Below, piece by piece: positions 47,501 through 59,500 of a stretch of DNA of 64,000 bases (positions are counted from its first letter, which is position 1; each line of letters begins with the position of its first letter). The stretch lies in assembly GCA_002269645.1 (NCBI GenBank), contig NIVC01000176.1:372001-436000 (forward strand), in the 5' to 3' direction. The stretch comes from Macrostomum lignano. Its lineage: Eukaryota. The notes under the pieces were generated by a model, which saw only the letters and a list, made by a program, of their open reading frames with translations, searched no databases and was not told where the DNA came from. The position numbers and the translations under genes are program-made.

Positions 47501-50500
47501 TTAGTATAGACATGCACTATTGCCAAGTGGTACCATTTTTTACACAAAAGTTTTAAGTCTAAATATAGGCATTACATACACTAATAGTATACAAGTTGAT
47601 ATTTAAATTAAAGAAAACTTAAACTTAAAGATTATTTTGCAAAAAGCAATTAGCAGTATATTTACTTTTAGAGAAAGATGTTTGCTGGCAAACTTTGCAC
47701 ATTATATTAATATGAATTTTTGCAAGTTTATATGGTTTTAAAAAATGTAGAAATTATTAATCTTAGAAATCCTTCATCTTTTTGAATAAAATAAAAAGTA
47801 AAACAGAATAATTTTTGCTTTGTCAGTAGTGAAAAAATTAGCCTTCTTTAAGGTCTACAAGTCTTAAAATTATTAATATATGCACAACCCCCCTGATTTA
47901 CACTGGCTATGCAATTTACTTTTTGACCAAAAATATGAATTACCTGTGAAAGAAACCCTAAAGCAAAATTAACACAATTTTGGGTAAATGGCAGGAGTTA
48001 CTATGAGTGTCTTATAAGGGCTAAATGCCTTATTATCTAATTAGTACTACATCTATATTCTTTGGGGTAGGCAATTTTGCAACTTATCCCCCATAGTCCA
48101 GAAAGTGGCCTTTACGCTGGAATTTTCCAGTGTATTTTTGCTCTCACTGACAATCTTGGCATACACTTGGCATATAGAATTTTCAGGTTCAACATGAAGT
48201 GTACACAGTCGGCGTACAAAAATAGCCAAGTTTAAGGCTAATGTAATTGTGTAGTAAAATATCAACCAACGTAGAAGGCTCTTTAGAAATAATTGGAAAC
48301 TAAAATAGAAAATATGAATGCAATCACAAGAAAATCAAAATTAAAACAAAGAATATCAGTTTTTAGCAAAAACAGCTATTTTAAAGTTTAGTAAAAGTTT
48401 TGAGTTCCTAAAAAATATATTTGTTAAAAAATGGTGTATAAACAATTTTAGTTTTGGCATAAAATTTTTATTTTATTTTATATCAGGCAAAATCCAAAAA
48501 CGTGGGATAAAACGGTAAAACAAATCTGCGGACATTCGATGGAAAGTAATGTATCTAAAAAAGGTTTTTGAAAGATAGATAGGTCTTTAGAAAATAGTTC
48601 TGGATAAAAACTATTGTTTTCATGCTTTATATTGTTGAATAAATAAGAAAAAACCACAAAAAAGCATTTTGAAAGTCCGAGTTGACCAATTTGCAATTTT
48701 TTGTTTCACTTTTTTCATTATTAAACAATTAATTTTAAGACTTGTAGGCCTTAGAGAAGGCTAATTTTTTTACTACTTACAAAACAGAAAGTAATCTGTG
48801 TTTTACTTTTTATTTAATTCAAAAAGATGAAGTATTTCTAAGGATTTCAAAGTTTTTCTAAAACCATATAAACTCGCAAAAATCCATACTAATATAAAGT
48901 GCAAAGTTTGCCAGCAAACATCTTTCTCTAAAAGTAAATATATTGCTAATTCCTTGTTGCAAAATAATCTTTAAGTTGTTTTCTTTCATTTAAATATCCA
49001 CTTGCATAGTATTAGTATTTGTAATATGCCTATATTTAGACTTGAAAATTTTAGGTAAAAAATAGTACCACAAAATGTGAACCTGGCATCCAAATCAGAT
49101 GCTCACTGTATGCTCATTAAGCGACAAAGAACAATGAAATTACACTAAAACATGTATCATCGCGGCGTGTATGCAGGAAAAAAAGAATTTTCCAAATCGC
49201 TTCAGTAGAAGCTGAGTAAAATGCAATTTTCCGATCCTTACTGGAATTTGTATGTTTAAATAATAAACTTATGTTGAATACAATTTATTGCAAACGAACT
49301 CTACAAAATATACGTTGTCAAGAGTAACGAAAGTGATAAACAAATAAACCCTTAAATAATGTTAAATATGTTGTAGAACTATAGAGTGTAACATTATAAG
49401 ATAGTTAAAGTTAATAAAATACATTATTATAGTTTTTCTATCATTTTCATTAGACTCATTTTAGGTCGTAATTAAACTTACCGTTTTAACAAATCATTTT
49501 ATTAAAAATAAAGCTATACGAAAATAATTTGTGCTTTCATAGACTTTTTTACTTTTTAAAAACTTGAATAAATTGAATTTTATGAATTTTATGTTTTTAG
49601 AAAAAAACATGAATTTTCATTCTGGCATACGCTTGCCATGATCCTAACTATGGCTTATCCCTAGGCTACCACAATTTACAGTGGCTAGATCAGCCAGGCC
49701 AGCTAGCAGTTGTGTATGTATGAAATTAATTGTTTATTAATGAAAAAAATGAAACAAAATATTGCAAATTGGTAGAGCTCGAATGGGAGCAGAATTTTCG
49801 GGATCGGGCGGGATCGGGATTGAAAATAATTTCGGGATCGGGATTTGGGATTAGTATTCGGGACAAGGACTTCTAGACTAACAGGACGTAAAACTCAAAG
49901 ATCGTGCAATTTTTTAGAGGCCACGATTTCTTGGAAAAAATACACTGCGGAGATAAGAAAAAATCAGTTTTTTGTCACAAAAGCAGTGATTGTATTTGAT
50001 CTGGGGCAGTGAAGACTACCATTCTTTTAATTTAACATGCACAACATGTTACTCTATTATATTTTCATATAGCTGTGTATTGAAGTTTTCATTTTCATGT
50101 TGTTTTTACTTCATTTCATAAGCCCAAAGTTGCAAATACTCACAAGTGGCATTAGCCAAACTTTTTGTGCTGTTCCTTTTTTGAATCAAGTATATTTGTA
50201 ATAAAAACTGTGCATGTAGGTACTCTTAATCTTTTATTGTAGATATAGTTCTATTTCAATGCATATATTAGGCCTAGTAACTATTTAATTCCTAGATATA
50301 TATTCCAATATATAACATACATGCGCAACGTCCAAAATTCGGTCGGCCGTGCGACTTAGTTTTAACAAAAATGCGACGTAGTTTTTGGCCAAAAATGCGA
50401 CTTACATGTAAAAAAACCCTAAAGCAAAATTAACGCAACTTTGGGTAAACGGCGGGAGTAACTATGACTGTCTTATCAGGCAAAAATGCCTCGTCAGCTA

Positions 50501-52942
50501 CTTAGTACTACTGCGTGGGTATTTTTTGGGTGGGCATTTTTTGCGACTTCCTTGGTTGGCTGCCAAATCAGTCGGCCGGATCGGCCGACTCGGCCGACTG
50601 TTGCGCATGTATGATATATAATATGATATAGCTAAGAGTTACTATTATAGTTAATAGCTCAATTAGTTTTTATTTACTATAGAAGGTATAGATTTAATAA
50701 GTTAAACTATAAGGTCAATAAAAGTCCTTCATTTATAAAAATCATAATTGCATATTATTATTATATTAATGATTTAGACAGATAGATATTACCATTTTTA
50801 TTTCTCTCTCTTCTTTCTTCTCTTTAGCTAGAATCATGTTTAAAAAAATTAAAAAACTGAAATAAATTAGGCCTATAAATTGTAAATGTAAGTATGCCAC
50901 ACTTATTAAGAAGATTTTGGAATCCATAGATCAAATATCATTATTCATTAGGCAAGAAAATGAATAAGACAAACATGCCTTGTATTCAGTCATTTTAGTT
51001 AGGGCCTATTTTACCAATAAAAGGATGTGTGATTCCATATATAAAGCCTAATTTTCAAGAATCTTTGATAGGTCTTAGACTCATAACTCTTAGACATTAT
51101 ACCTAGTAGTAATAGTAGACAGGTATAACTAATACTAGTAGGCCTAGTATAGTTACTAACCGTACAATAAAAGATTAAGAGTACCTACATGCACAGTTTT
51201 TATTACAAATATACTTGATTCAAAAAAGGAACAGCACAAAAAGTTTGGCTAATGCCACTTGTGAGTATTTGCAACTTTGGGCTTATGAAATGAAGTAAAA
51301 ACAACATGAAAATGAAAACTTCAATACACAGCTATATGAAAATATAATAGAGTAACATGTTGTGCATGTTAAATTAAAAGAATGGTAGTCTTCACTGCCC
51401 CAGATCAAATACAATCACTGCTTTTGTGACAAAAAACTGATTTTTTCTTATCTCCGCAGTGTATTTTTTCCAAGAAATCGTGGCCTCTAAAAAATTGCAC
51501 GATCTTTGAGTTTTACGTCCTGTTAGTCTAGAAGTCCTTGATTCGGGATTTGGGAATCCGGGATCTAGGAATATATTACTTACTAACTAATGAATCAAGT
51601 ATTCAAGGATAGTTTTATCTGACTATCTATGCTATTTAGCCTTGATGGTTGATCTAATAGCTCTAGCCTAATGCCCCAATAGTCAATACTAATTGTCAAT
51701 TCTTGATCCAGACCCTTTTTGCAAAGTATAGCTAACTTTCGAGCGCCTAAATAAAAAGGAATCAAGAGCCATTAAAGACTTTTTCTGAAAGTAAGAGTTA
51801 CAAGGTGGCTAAAAATCGCACGAAAGGCGACTGTTTTGCATTAATGTAATATTGAATTGCGTTAGTTATACTGCTTTTTTCTTGTAAAATTCTGTTTCTG
51901 GAATCGCTTCATGAAAAACGTATTAATCATTCGCCGACACTTATTCAGACACTTCTACAGACACTTTAGTTTCTGTCGTACGAATCGTAGGAACAAGCAT
52001 TAAATTTGTTTATTCCTAACAAACTATCATTACTCGTTAGTTTGTTATTTATGAGTATAACTCTTTACAAATCTGTTACTAAGTAAAAATCTGCTGCTTT
52101 ATTTGGTGAATTCAAGGTCAGACTTTCAACATATTTATAGTTGCTGTTACAAAAATTAGCTTAGTATTGATTACTGCTCTTGATTGTTGAAAGCATCATC
52201 TTCATTATTAATCTATTGTGCTCCCGAATCCCGAGTTCTCTAAGCCTTTGGGATCCCGATCCCAAATTCCCGAAAAATCTTCGGGATCCCGAGAATTCGA
52301 GATCGGGATTGGGATCCCGTTCGAGCTCTACAAATTGGTCAACTTAGACTTTAAAAAAACTTTTTTGAGGTTTTTTACTTATTTATTCAAGGATATAAAA
52401 CATTAAAACATTAGTTTTTATCTGGAACTATTTTTAAAGACTTATCTGTCTTTCAAAAAGTTTTTTTTGATATATTACCTTTTATAAATGTTTGTAGATT
52501 TGTTTAACCATTTTATCCCACATTTTTGGATTACACCCTATACTATAGCTATAGACAATGTTAAATTTAAGTCACAAAGTCAAGGAGATTAGCCTAAGTC
52601 TAAATATGCCTAGGACTAATCATTAATATAGATCTAGGAATAATCAACTAAGGTAAAACTTCTTGCAAAAGCATAATAGGCCTATTTAGTATTAGTTTTG
52701 TAATTAGAATTTCTAAAGATATTATGGTTATAATAAATTGATAAGCTTATAGCCTCTAGCATAAGTATAGTATAGTAGCCCTAAAAAAATAAACTGTAAA
52801 ATTTGCATTCATTATAAAATAAGTCTATTTGAAATTAAATTATCTTACCTAAAACAGTCTTCTCCTTTTTTGGGACAGCTTCAAGTTTAGTAGAGTTATG
52901 TGTCTCAGTCTTAGCCTCGCCTTCATTATTGTTTTCAGTCAT
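44536..52942 (-). CDS. YBX1: Y-box binding (cold-shock domain) protein, 4 exons, 285 aa
   Basis: Exons 52942-52849, 46982-46531, 45450-45175, 44571-44536 sum to 858 nt, in phase. KTVLA|[35 protein letters not shown]...[18 protein letters not shown]; RG/RGG-rich C-terminus. The symbol marks the family; orthology is untested. Confidence 0.9.
44660..45105. repeat. About 32 bp minisatellite (GGGTCTACTGAAGGACCTAAAGATTAACAAAA) in Y-box intron 3
   Basis: Tandem copies with a variant gradient. Confidence 0.93.
45530..46495. repeat. 24 bp minisatellite (GAAGGAGAGGGTAAAGAACACACG) filling Y-box intron 2
   Basis: About 40 copies; source of the EGEGKEHT / TLSFRVFF pseudo-ORFs. Confidence 0.97.
47070..47432. 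repeat. About 41 bp minisatellite in Y-box intron 1
   Basis: Unit GGGGGATCATGGGATTCTGTGATTTGTGGATCCCAGCTGACCAT. Confidence 0.93.
47876..49722. mobile_element. MITE family M, old copy D, split by an insertion at 48091-49653
   Basis: The left part (47876-48090) and right part (49654-49722) align to copy B with every aligned CpG lost. Confidence 0.75.
48091..49653. mobile_element. 1.56 kb non-autonomous DNA element (family X) inside MITE D
   Basis: Short TIR CCATAGT/ACTATGG, 8-bp TSD CTTATCCC. Internal sequence is homologous, inverted, to 47527-47876, 49722-49772 and 52331-52545. Confidence 0.7.
49864..51540. mobile_element. Foldback element with 378-bp inverted arms starting CAAGG (P/Galileo-like)
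   Basis: Arms at 49864-50241 and 51163-51540, no mismatch found by eye; 8-bp TSD ATTCGGGA. Confidence 0.85.
50316..50613. mobile_element. MITE family M-related copy C (298 bp) inside the foldback spacer
   Basis: TIR CATACATGCGCAAC; 8-bp TSD ATATATAA. Confidence 0.9.
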
Positions 52943-53989
52943 TCTTAAGCAAGAAGGCTAAGGTTTATCGATTCTTTAGGACTTATGAGTAGGACTAGGG
53001 GCCTAGGTACTGTAGGGCCTATTATTGCTATTGGATATGTAGCAATAGAAGTGTAGGCCTAATTTTAAAATAAATAGAGTTATTAAAAGTAAATAAAATT
53101 CTGTTAGCTTTATTTATATCAAGTCTAATAAGAAGTATTGATAGCAAGTGAATTGTTCTTCTAGTATTTCAACGAATTTATGTTGCGCGATATAAGCCTA
53201 CTAATACTCGCCCTTAGGCTTAAGCAAGACTTAATTAAAGCTTGAGTTAAGTGTATAGTGCTTAGCTAAAATTTCTTTGAATATAGTAAAATAATCACTG
53301 ATGCAGATATTTTCACTTATAATAAGATGATAAGATTGGCCGAACAATAGTCTATTTAAAGGACTGGGGTTTGAAGAAGGTGCTTGGGTGGGTGGATCGA
53401 TGAAGGCTGGACGAGTTCGAGTCGGCCGCCGGCGGTAACGAGAGTTTGCCACGTTTAAATCGGTGCCGGAATTTCCGGGAGTCTGAGTCGATTTGAACAA
53501 ACTAGGGTACAAAAGAAACTCCGGCTGCTGCGTTCTTTAAGCTCAGGGGGTAGCTGTGGTTGTGGCTGAGTGGTCTAAGTTTATACTGTCCTTCAGAACG
53601 CAGGCTCTCGGGCTTTTTCTCGACAAGTGATATACCACGTAAATCTTAAAGGCTGTGATCTTCGAGGCGTCAAAACGAAAAGTAATAATATAGCAAAAAC
53701 ATTGCTGAGAATATGTCATATTCTTTGTATGCTGTTGAATGAGGCAATATAAAGGGCTTTTACGTCAACCGGCGTCGTCAGCAGCCTCGTCAGCATGCCG
53801 GCCCAACAGCTGTTCGATCCAGTCAGAGGCGTCGTCGCCACCGGCGGGAGGGAGAGGGACATGTCCTCCCAGTAAAGTTTATGAAGGGGCCTTGCCAATG
53901 CTTTGTCCCTCCGCCCCACTGTGTGACGGTCGTGATAGAAATCATTTTGCTTCAGGGCCCCAAATTTAATGAGTTTAATTACTTATGTA

Positions 53990-54225
53990 GTGCCTGCGGC
54001 GCCAAAATGATCGAGTAACTGCGCCACTAAACTATGTAAGTGCCTGCCTGTAGCGCCAAAAATGAGTAACTGCGCCACTAAACTACATGTAAGTGCCTGC
54101 CTGTAGCGCCAAAAATGAGTCACTGCGCCGCCAAGCTAAATGCCTGCCTGCGGTGCCAACGCCAAAATGAGTAACTGCGCCGCGAAACTATTAAGTGCCT
54201 GCATGCCTGCGGCGCCAACTGAATG
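53990..54225. repeat. About 52 bp degenerate tandem repeat with GCGCCAAAA and TGAGT[A/C]A motifs upstream of the Y-box gene
   Basis: 4-5 copies of GCGCCAAAA(A)TGAGTAACTGCGCC...AAGTGCCTGCCTG. Confidence 0.75.
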
Positions 54226-54590
54226 CTAAACAACGTCGATTCCCAAATATTATAAGAATTTTTTCATGCAAAATTTATGGTTTTCCCCTCGGCCCCTGCA
54301 GAAAGATAATTATAGACTCAAACAACTCTTACGCATGTATAGTGCTAATTGTGATGGTTTTCGGCCTTTTCGGCGTTAAAAAGCCTCCAACAGTTTTCCA
54401 ATGTTTTCCAACATTCAGTTTGCTTTGGTGCAAAGCTATCCATACAGAAAGGAGATTCTGATCATACACTGCTTTAATGAACAGCTGTAAAAATTTGGTA
54501 CAAATTTGACCACAGGAAGCATTTTCTTGAGGTTAGAATTGAACTTCACTTTCAGTTGTCTATGATGAAAGGGAGTTTGTCTGAAGTGGA

Positions 54591-55720
54591 TGTAGTTTCA
54601 GAGATTAAAGTGTTTGTTGGCTTCTTAACTATGGTTGTCTAAAAGCCTTCAATAGGATTGCCGCCACCAATGAAGTACAGGTCGGTGGTTTTGTCTCGGG
54701 GTTGTCTCGAAGTGGCCTGGTAGGTCTCCTGGCGCTGGGCGGTGACCTCTAGCTGCCGATTTCTTAGAAACAATACTTGTAGCGTAGGTAGTGCTGCCAC
54801 CAGCTTCGCAGAGTCGCAGCCTTCGGTGAGGTGCTGAGCCCGTAGAAGCAAATAACTAAGACGAGAGAGGAAGTCAAGCACTTAGTGCAGATTTAGCAGT
54901 TCTCGAGCAGAAGCGTCCGCAGTCAGCAGTCCTTGCCGGGTTAGTGCAGGGTGAGAGCGATGGTGCTAGCTTCGGGCGGTTTAAGCTGCCCTGCTAATAG
55001 ATAGCAGGAGCAATTCGATGCAGGCACGCGCAAAGTCGGGAGTCTTGGGAGTTCAAACTTAGACGCAAACTCGGTATACACACTTGAACTGAGAGAATCT
55101 CAGGCTCGGAAACGGGAGCAAACGACGACGGAAAGGCGGAAAGGCTTGTCTGAGCCAAGCCATGAGAGGGGCTGCATTTATAGGGAGGATCGATTGCACC
55201 ATATCACGAAAGACCCCCGCTGAGAGTCATGAGTGACTCTGTTGCTATTGTTAGCAAACAAGCGGGCCCTGCCTCAGAAGAGGCAGGGGGTCCGGGCGCA
55301 CGTGATCTCCCCATAAACACGAGCCCAGCGTACAATGATGAAATCATTGCACTTTGGACTAAAGAAGGAAGAAGGCCTTGTCATGTGACTGGCTCACATG
55401 ACAAGGGGAAAAGGCCCACAAGTGAAGGCACTCGTGACCGTTGGACCGGAAAACAGAATGGCACTCCAAATTTGGAGATGCCAAACGAAGAACGAAACAG
55501 AGGCAGGCCAGACCAAGCTGTCTGGGCACTGCAAAACGAGAACACGAGGCAAACGGGGGCAAACGAGGACAAACAGACAGACAGGCAAACGGGCAAGGGA
55601 CAGGCCAGAGGACAGGCTGGAAGGGGACAGGCAACTGCCCAGCGGCAGACAGAAGCCTGGGGCGAGGGCGAGGGAGGCAGCTGACTAGTGCGGCGCCTAA
55701 CTAAATAGCGACTCACTACA
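54591..55720 (-). mobile_element. LTR-like insertion (TGTAGT...ACTACA ends, TATAAATG on the minus strand), no TSD found
   Basis: GC-rich 1.13 kb block with 6-bp terminal inversions in AT-richer flanks; class uncertain. Confidence 0.4.
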
Positions 55721-56538
55721 AGATGCTAAGCTTGAAGTGTCGAAGATGAAGTTCCTTTTGTCGAAAGAGGAACTGAGTTTGAATGAAAATGGAGGTAAAA
55801 TGGTGTAAAAAGCCCAAAGGCCTGCAGGGCAGGCCATAGACAAATTTCTCTTTTTTTCTGAATCAGGTGCACCACCTACATTTAAAAGCCGAAAAGTAAA
55901 GTATATACCAGAGCTTTTTTGCCAGTTCCGGTTTAAACCTTCCTAACCCACAAATGGACCTTCTACGCACCCGAAAAGGACAGCTACGCTCGTAAAAGTA
56001 ACGCCTTGCGCGGACTGAGACTCGATTCCGATTCGGAAGATGCGCATTATCAAACAATGACTCGACGGAGATTGGGTCGGAAACCTACTACATTTTTCTT
56101 TTCATGTCCTTGTTTTGTTCGGAACCGGTTATATTCTTGTGTATTTGTTTTTAATACTATAGTTATAGTAGATGAGTGAAGTGATTAAAAGTGAACTACA
56201 TTTAATACGACCATACATTTGTGCATCACCACGTATGTTCACTGTACATGCTTATTTCATTCACCTTTAACATTTGAGTCAAAACATAATGGAAATTAAT
56301 ACATAATGGACTTATTTTAAATCACAGGTCATACTAGACGCTTGCTTTAGTGAATGGGAGATGGTTTTGATGCCATAGACATGTTTGAATCTCTGGGCTT
56401 TTGGGCCGAAATATGCTCTATCAGCTACACTACAGCGTTTATAAAGCCAAGTCAACATACAAAACTCCTCATTTGGTACAAGTGAGCGCAACAAATAACC
56501 CCGACCGGTCTACACTTACATGTATTACCAGTACTGGC

Positions 56539-59500
56539 ATGCACAGCAGCACCGTTTCTAATGTTATGAAAAATAGGTGGAACTGTCTTCTACTGGTTTG
56601 TGTCAGTTTGGTAAGTTTCATTTTTGGCTGTTGCATCCAATCGGCGCCCAGGTCCTCACAATGAATTTCCGGGTCGGCTCTGATAGACACCTCTCTTAAC
56701 GCCGCAGCGGTTAAGCGCGTTTTCGGGGACTTCGCGAAAATGCAAAATGGAATGCTGCGACGGTTAGATAAAAGTTGGCGCCGCAAAGGCCTTTTGTTAC
56801 AGATTCAGCAGGGTTCCTTTGTGTCTGTGACTGACAAAAATAGCAGCGTACTAGTCTACTAAGAGTAATATGGCGGAAACGTAAGCTCAATGGTTTCCAT
56901 AACTCGTGCGAGAAGGGTCCTACATTCATGAGTGGGGATGCTTCCCGGCCTTCAAATCCTAATAACTACCTCGGAGATATCCTCTGCTCAGGCTCTCACA
57001 CGCCCGAGGAAGTGACTTAGCAAGCCATTAGGATTGAAATGAGGAAAGTGAAAAAATGAGGGATTTGATTATTTAAGCGAATACATTTAAGCAGCTTAAT
57101 AAGGATAGTAAACAATGTGATTATGTAATGCCCTGCTTTCCTACTCTTTTGATGGCTACTGCTGCTGCTTACTAGCTCTCTCTGTCTGTACTTAACAAAC
57201 TAGCACGACAGGTAGCTGGCCTGAGTGGTCTAGCACTATGGTCCGAGAACCCTCGCTTAGTCTCTATTAGGCTAAATTCAGATATTAGACAGAGTTTTGG
57301 TAGTTGGTTCGCTGCCACCTTGTAGGTCTACAGGTAATATCCTCAACAGGTTATCCCTAGGTAAACATAGGTAAGTAGAAAATAAATAAGACAAGTCAGT
57401 TAAACGTTTATTCGTGTGAATAACGGTCACGGGCCGATCCTAAATTATCATTTAACACTCTACTGGTGTCGCAGTAAACAAGCCCTAAGCCTTATTAGGT
57501 GTTAAGTCAATGTTGCCCAACAGCGTAGGTTTTAGGCCTCGAGACCGGCGGGCTCAGACGGCGTTGGAGGTCTGGCGTGTTGCCGTCAAAATAGCCTGCG
57601 GCGGTCTCAATGAGCAATGGCAGCTGCAACGAATGATTACTTGCAGGTTATTTCTAGGAAAAGCGTCTAGCGATTCTGCCCAAGCTAGTTCGTCTAGGAA
57701 ACGCGTCTAGGAATACTAGCTTTGCTCGAGCCAAGCAGGTTGGTCTCTTTTGGGCCCTCACCTACTCCGTATTTATACTAAAACCTGAAGGGCTCCGGGC
57801 CAATAGGAAGCTCAGAGGCGGTTCCGTGGCAGATCCCGTGGCAATTCCGTGGACTGTCCGGAGCCAGGGAACGATCTCGGAGATGTCCATAAGATGGAGA
57901 TGTCCACTGTGATTCAAGTCTAATAATATGTTAGCAAAATGGGAAACTGATCCACAGATTATGCTGACTGCTAAAACTGAGGCAGTCTTATGCTGTCTTA
58001 TTGTCTCCAGTAGAATTGAAGACCCTGGCTGGCAGTTGGCTGCTGGCAGAAGACGCTGTCGGTCACTTGTATGCCTACCTACCTAATTTGTGGTCACCAG
58101 TGAAGAGTGAAGAGACTGTGCCAATGTTTTACTCGTACTCAAACTACATTGTAATTTCAGACACTTCTATGCTACAAATACATCAACTCGGCGGCTTATG
58201 CAACAGCTGAAGACAATCAACTAACACATAGCTATCCAACCTCTTCTTATGGAGTTAAACAGGGTGCTGCCAATCACAGACAAGAAAATCCCCCAGCTGC
58301 CTTCGACATTCCTCAAATTCTGCACCAAACCTTCGCCTCCGAGATGGTCTACGAGAATTACCGGCCAATGATCAGCAGCTGCCTGAAGCTCAACCCCAAC
58401 TGGACTTACTACCTGTGGCGGGACTCCGATGCCAGGGCTCTTATCTTCAAGGAGTATCCTCAATACTTGAAGACTTACCTGAGCTTCAAATACAACTTGC
58501 AACGCTCTGACGCCATTCGATACGTCATCCTGCACCGGTTCGGAGGTGCTGCACTTGCACTTTTTATGGAGTTGTCACGATGTTGGCGTAACGGCTGGCT
58601 ATGACTATGACCCTTAAAAGGGCCGTTTTAGTCCCAAAATAAGTTGAAGTCAACTCTTGTAAAGCGGATTTTGTAGCGGAGCACTTGGCGATAAAGGCAG
58701 GAACTGCCGTAGTTGGTTTTATTGGTAGTATCAGTATTAGGCTTGGTTATTACTGTTAATAAACAAACTATAGCTTTCTGGGCACTGGCGGCTGCAACAA
58801 TGGTTTCCTTGAAGATAAATTGGATATGAAGTCAAGTGGCAGACGAATGATGCAATGGCGACGTAACGTGATGAGCAATGGCAATGAGCACAGTGAAGGC
58901 AGTGAGACGCAGTAGGCAGGCAGATGAGCAGTGGCGAGGTTGGCGTCAGCCGTGGCGTGAGATAAGGAGGCTCGAGGCAGCCAGACAGAGAGAAGGAAAA
59001 CAAGGCCGCGAAGGGACGGCAGAACGAAAGTGAAAAACCAGCCCGCCGCCAGACGGGGGTTAATAAAGAGCGCAAAAGGGGGTAGCGTAAAACACGGAGA
59101 GTTTTCATTGGCTGGCGAGAGAACTTGAAATTATCGATCGTGCCAAAATTTACAGACGGGCGCAAGGTCTATCAAATACACAGTGAATTAGCAGTTGATA
59201 CAAATTATTTGCACGCTACTATAAGTAAACGTTAAAATAAACTATTGGAGAAATTAATATGAGAAATTACAAGGGAAACTATAGTCCAACGGCCCTTTTG
59301 CGGGACCTCTTAAACTAGCAACGTCACAGAGTCATCAAATATGGTGCATCTCTCCACCAAAATCCTCATATCTTGGTCAGAATCCTCACAGATCTCCATA
59401 AGAATCTTCCCAAATCTCCATCAGAATCCTCCCAGATCTCAATCAGAATTTTTCCAGATTTCCATCGTGATCCTGCCAGATCTCTATCAGAATCCTCCCA

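Larger units (their letters stand above)
49773..52330. mobile_element. hAT-like non-autonomous element with CGGGAT/ATCCCG subterminal repeats
   Basis: TIR TAGAGCTCGAA; 8-bp TSD CAAATTGG at 49765-49772 and 52331-52338. Confidence 0.85.

Noticed and set aside
55229-56929. Short ORFs at 55.2-56.9 kb as a transposase or host gene
   Set aside because: No catalytic motifs recognised; they fall in LTR-like or intronic sequence.
53545-57260. tRNA A-box-like strings at about 53560 (TGGCTGAGTGGTCTAAG) and about 57216 (TGGCCTGAGTGGTCTAG)
   Set aside because: No B-box, anticodon arm or acceptor stem; at most SINE relics.
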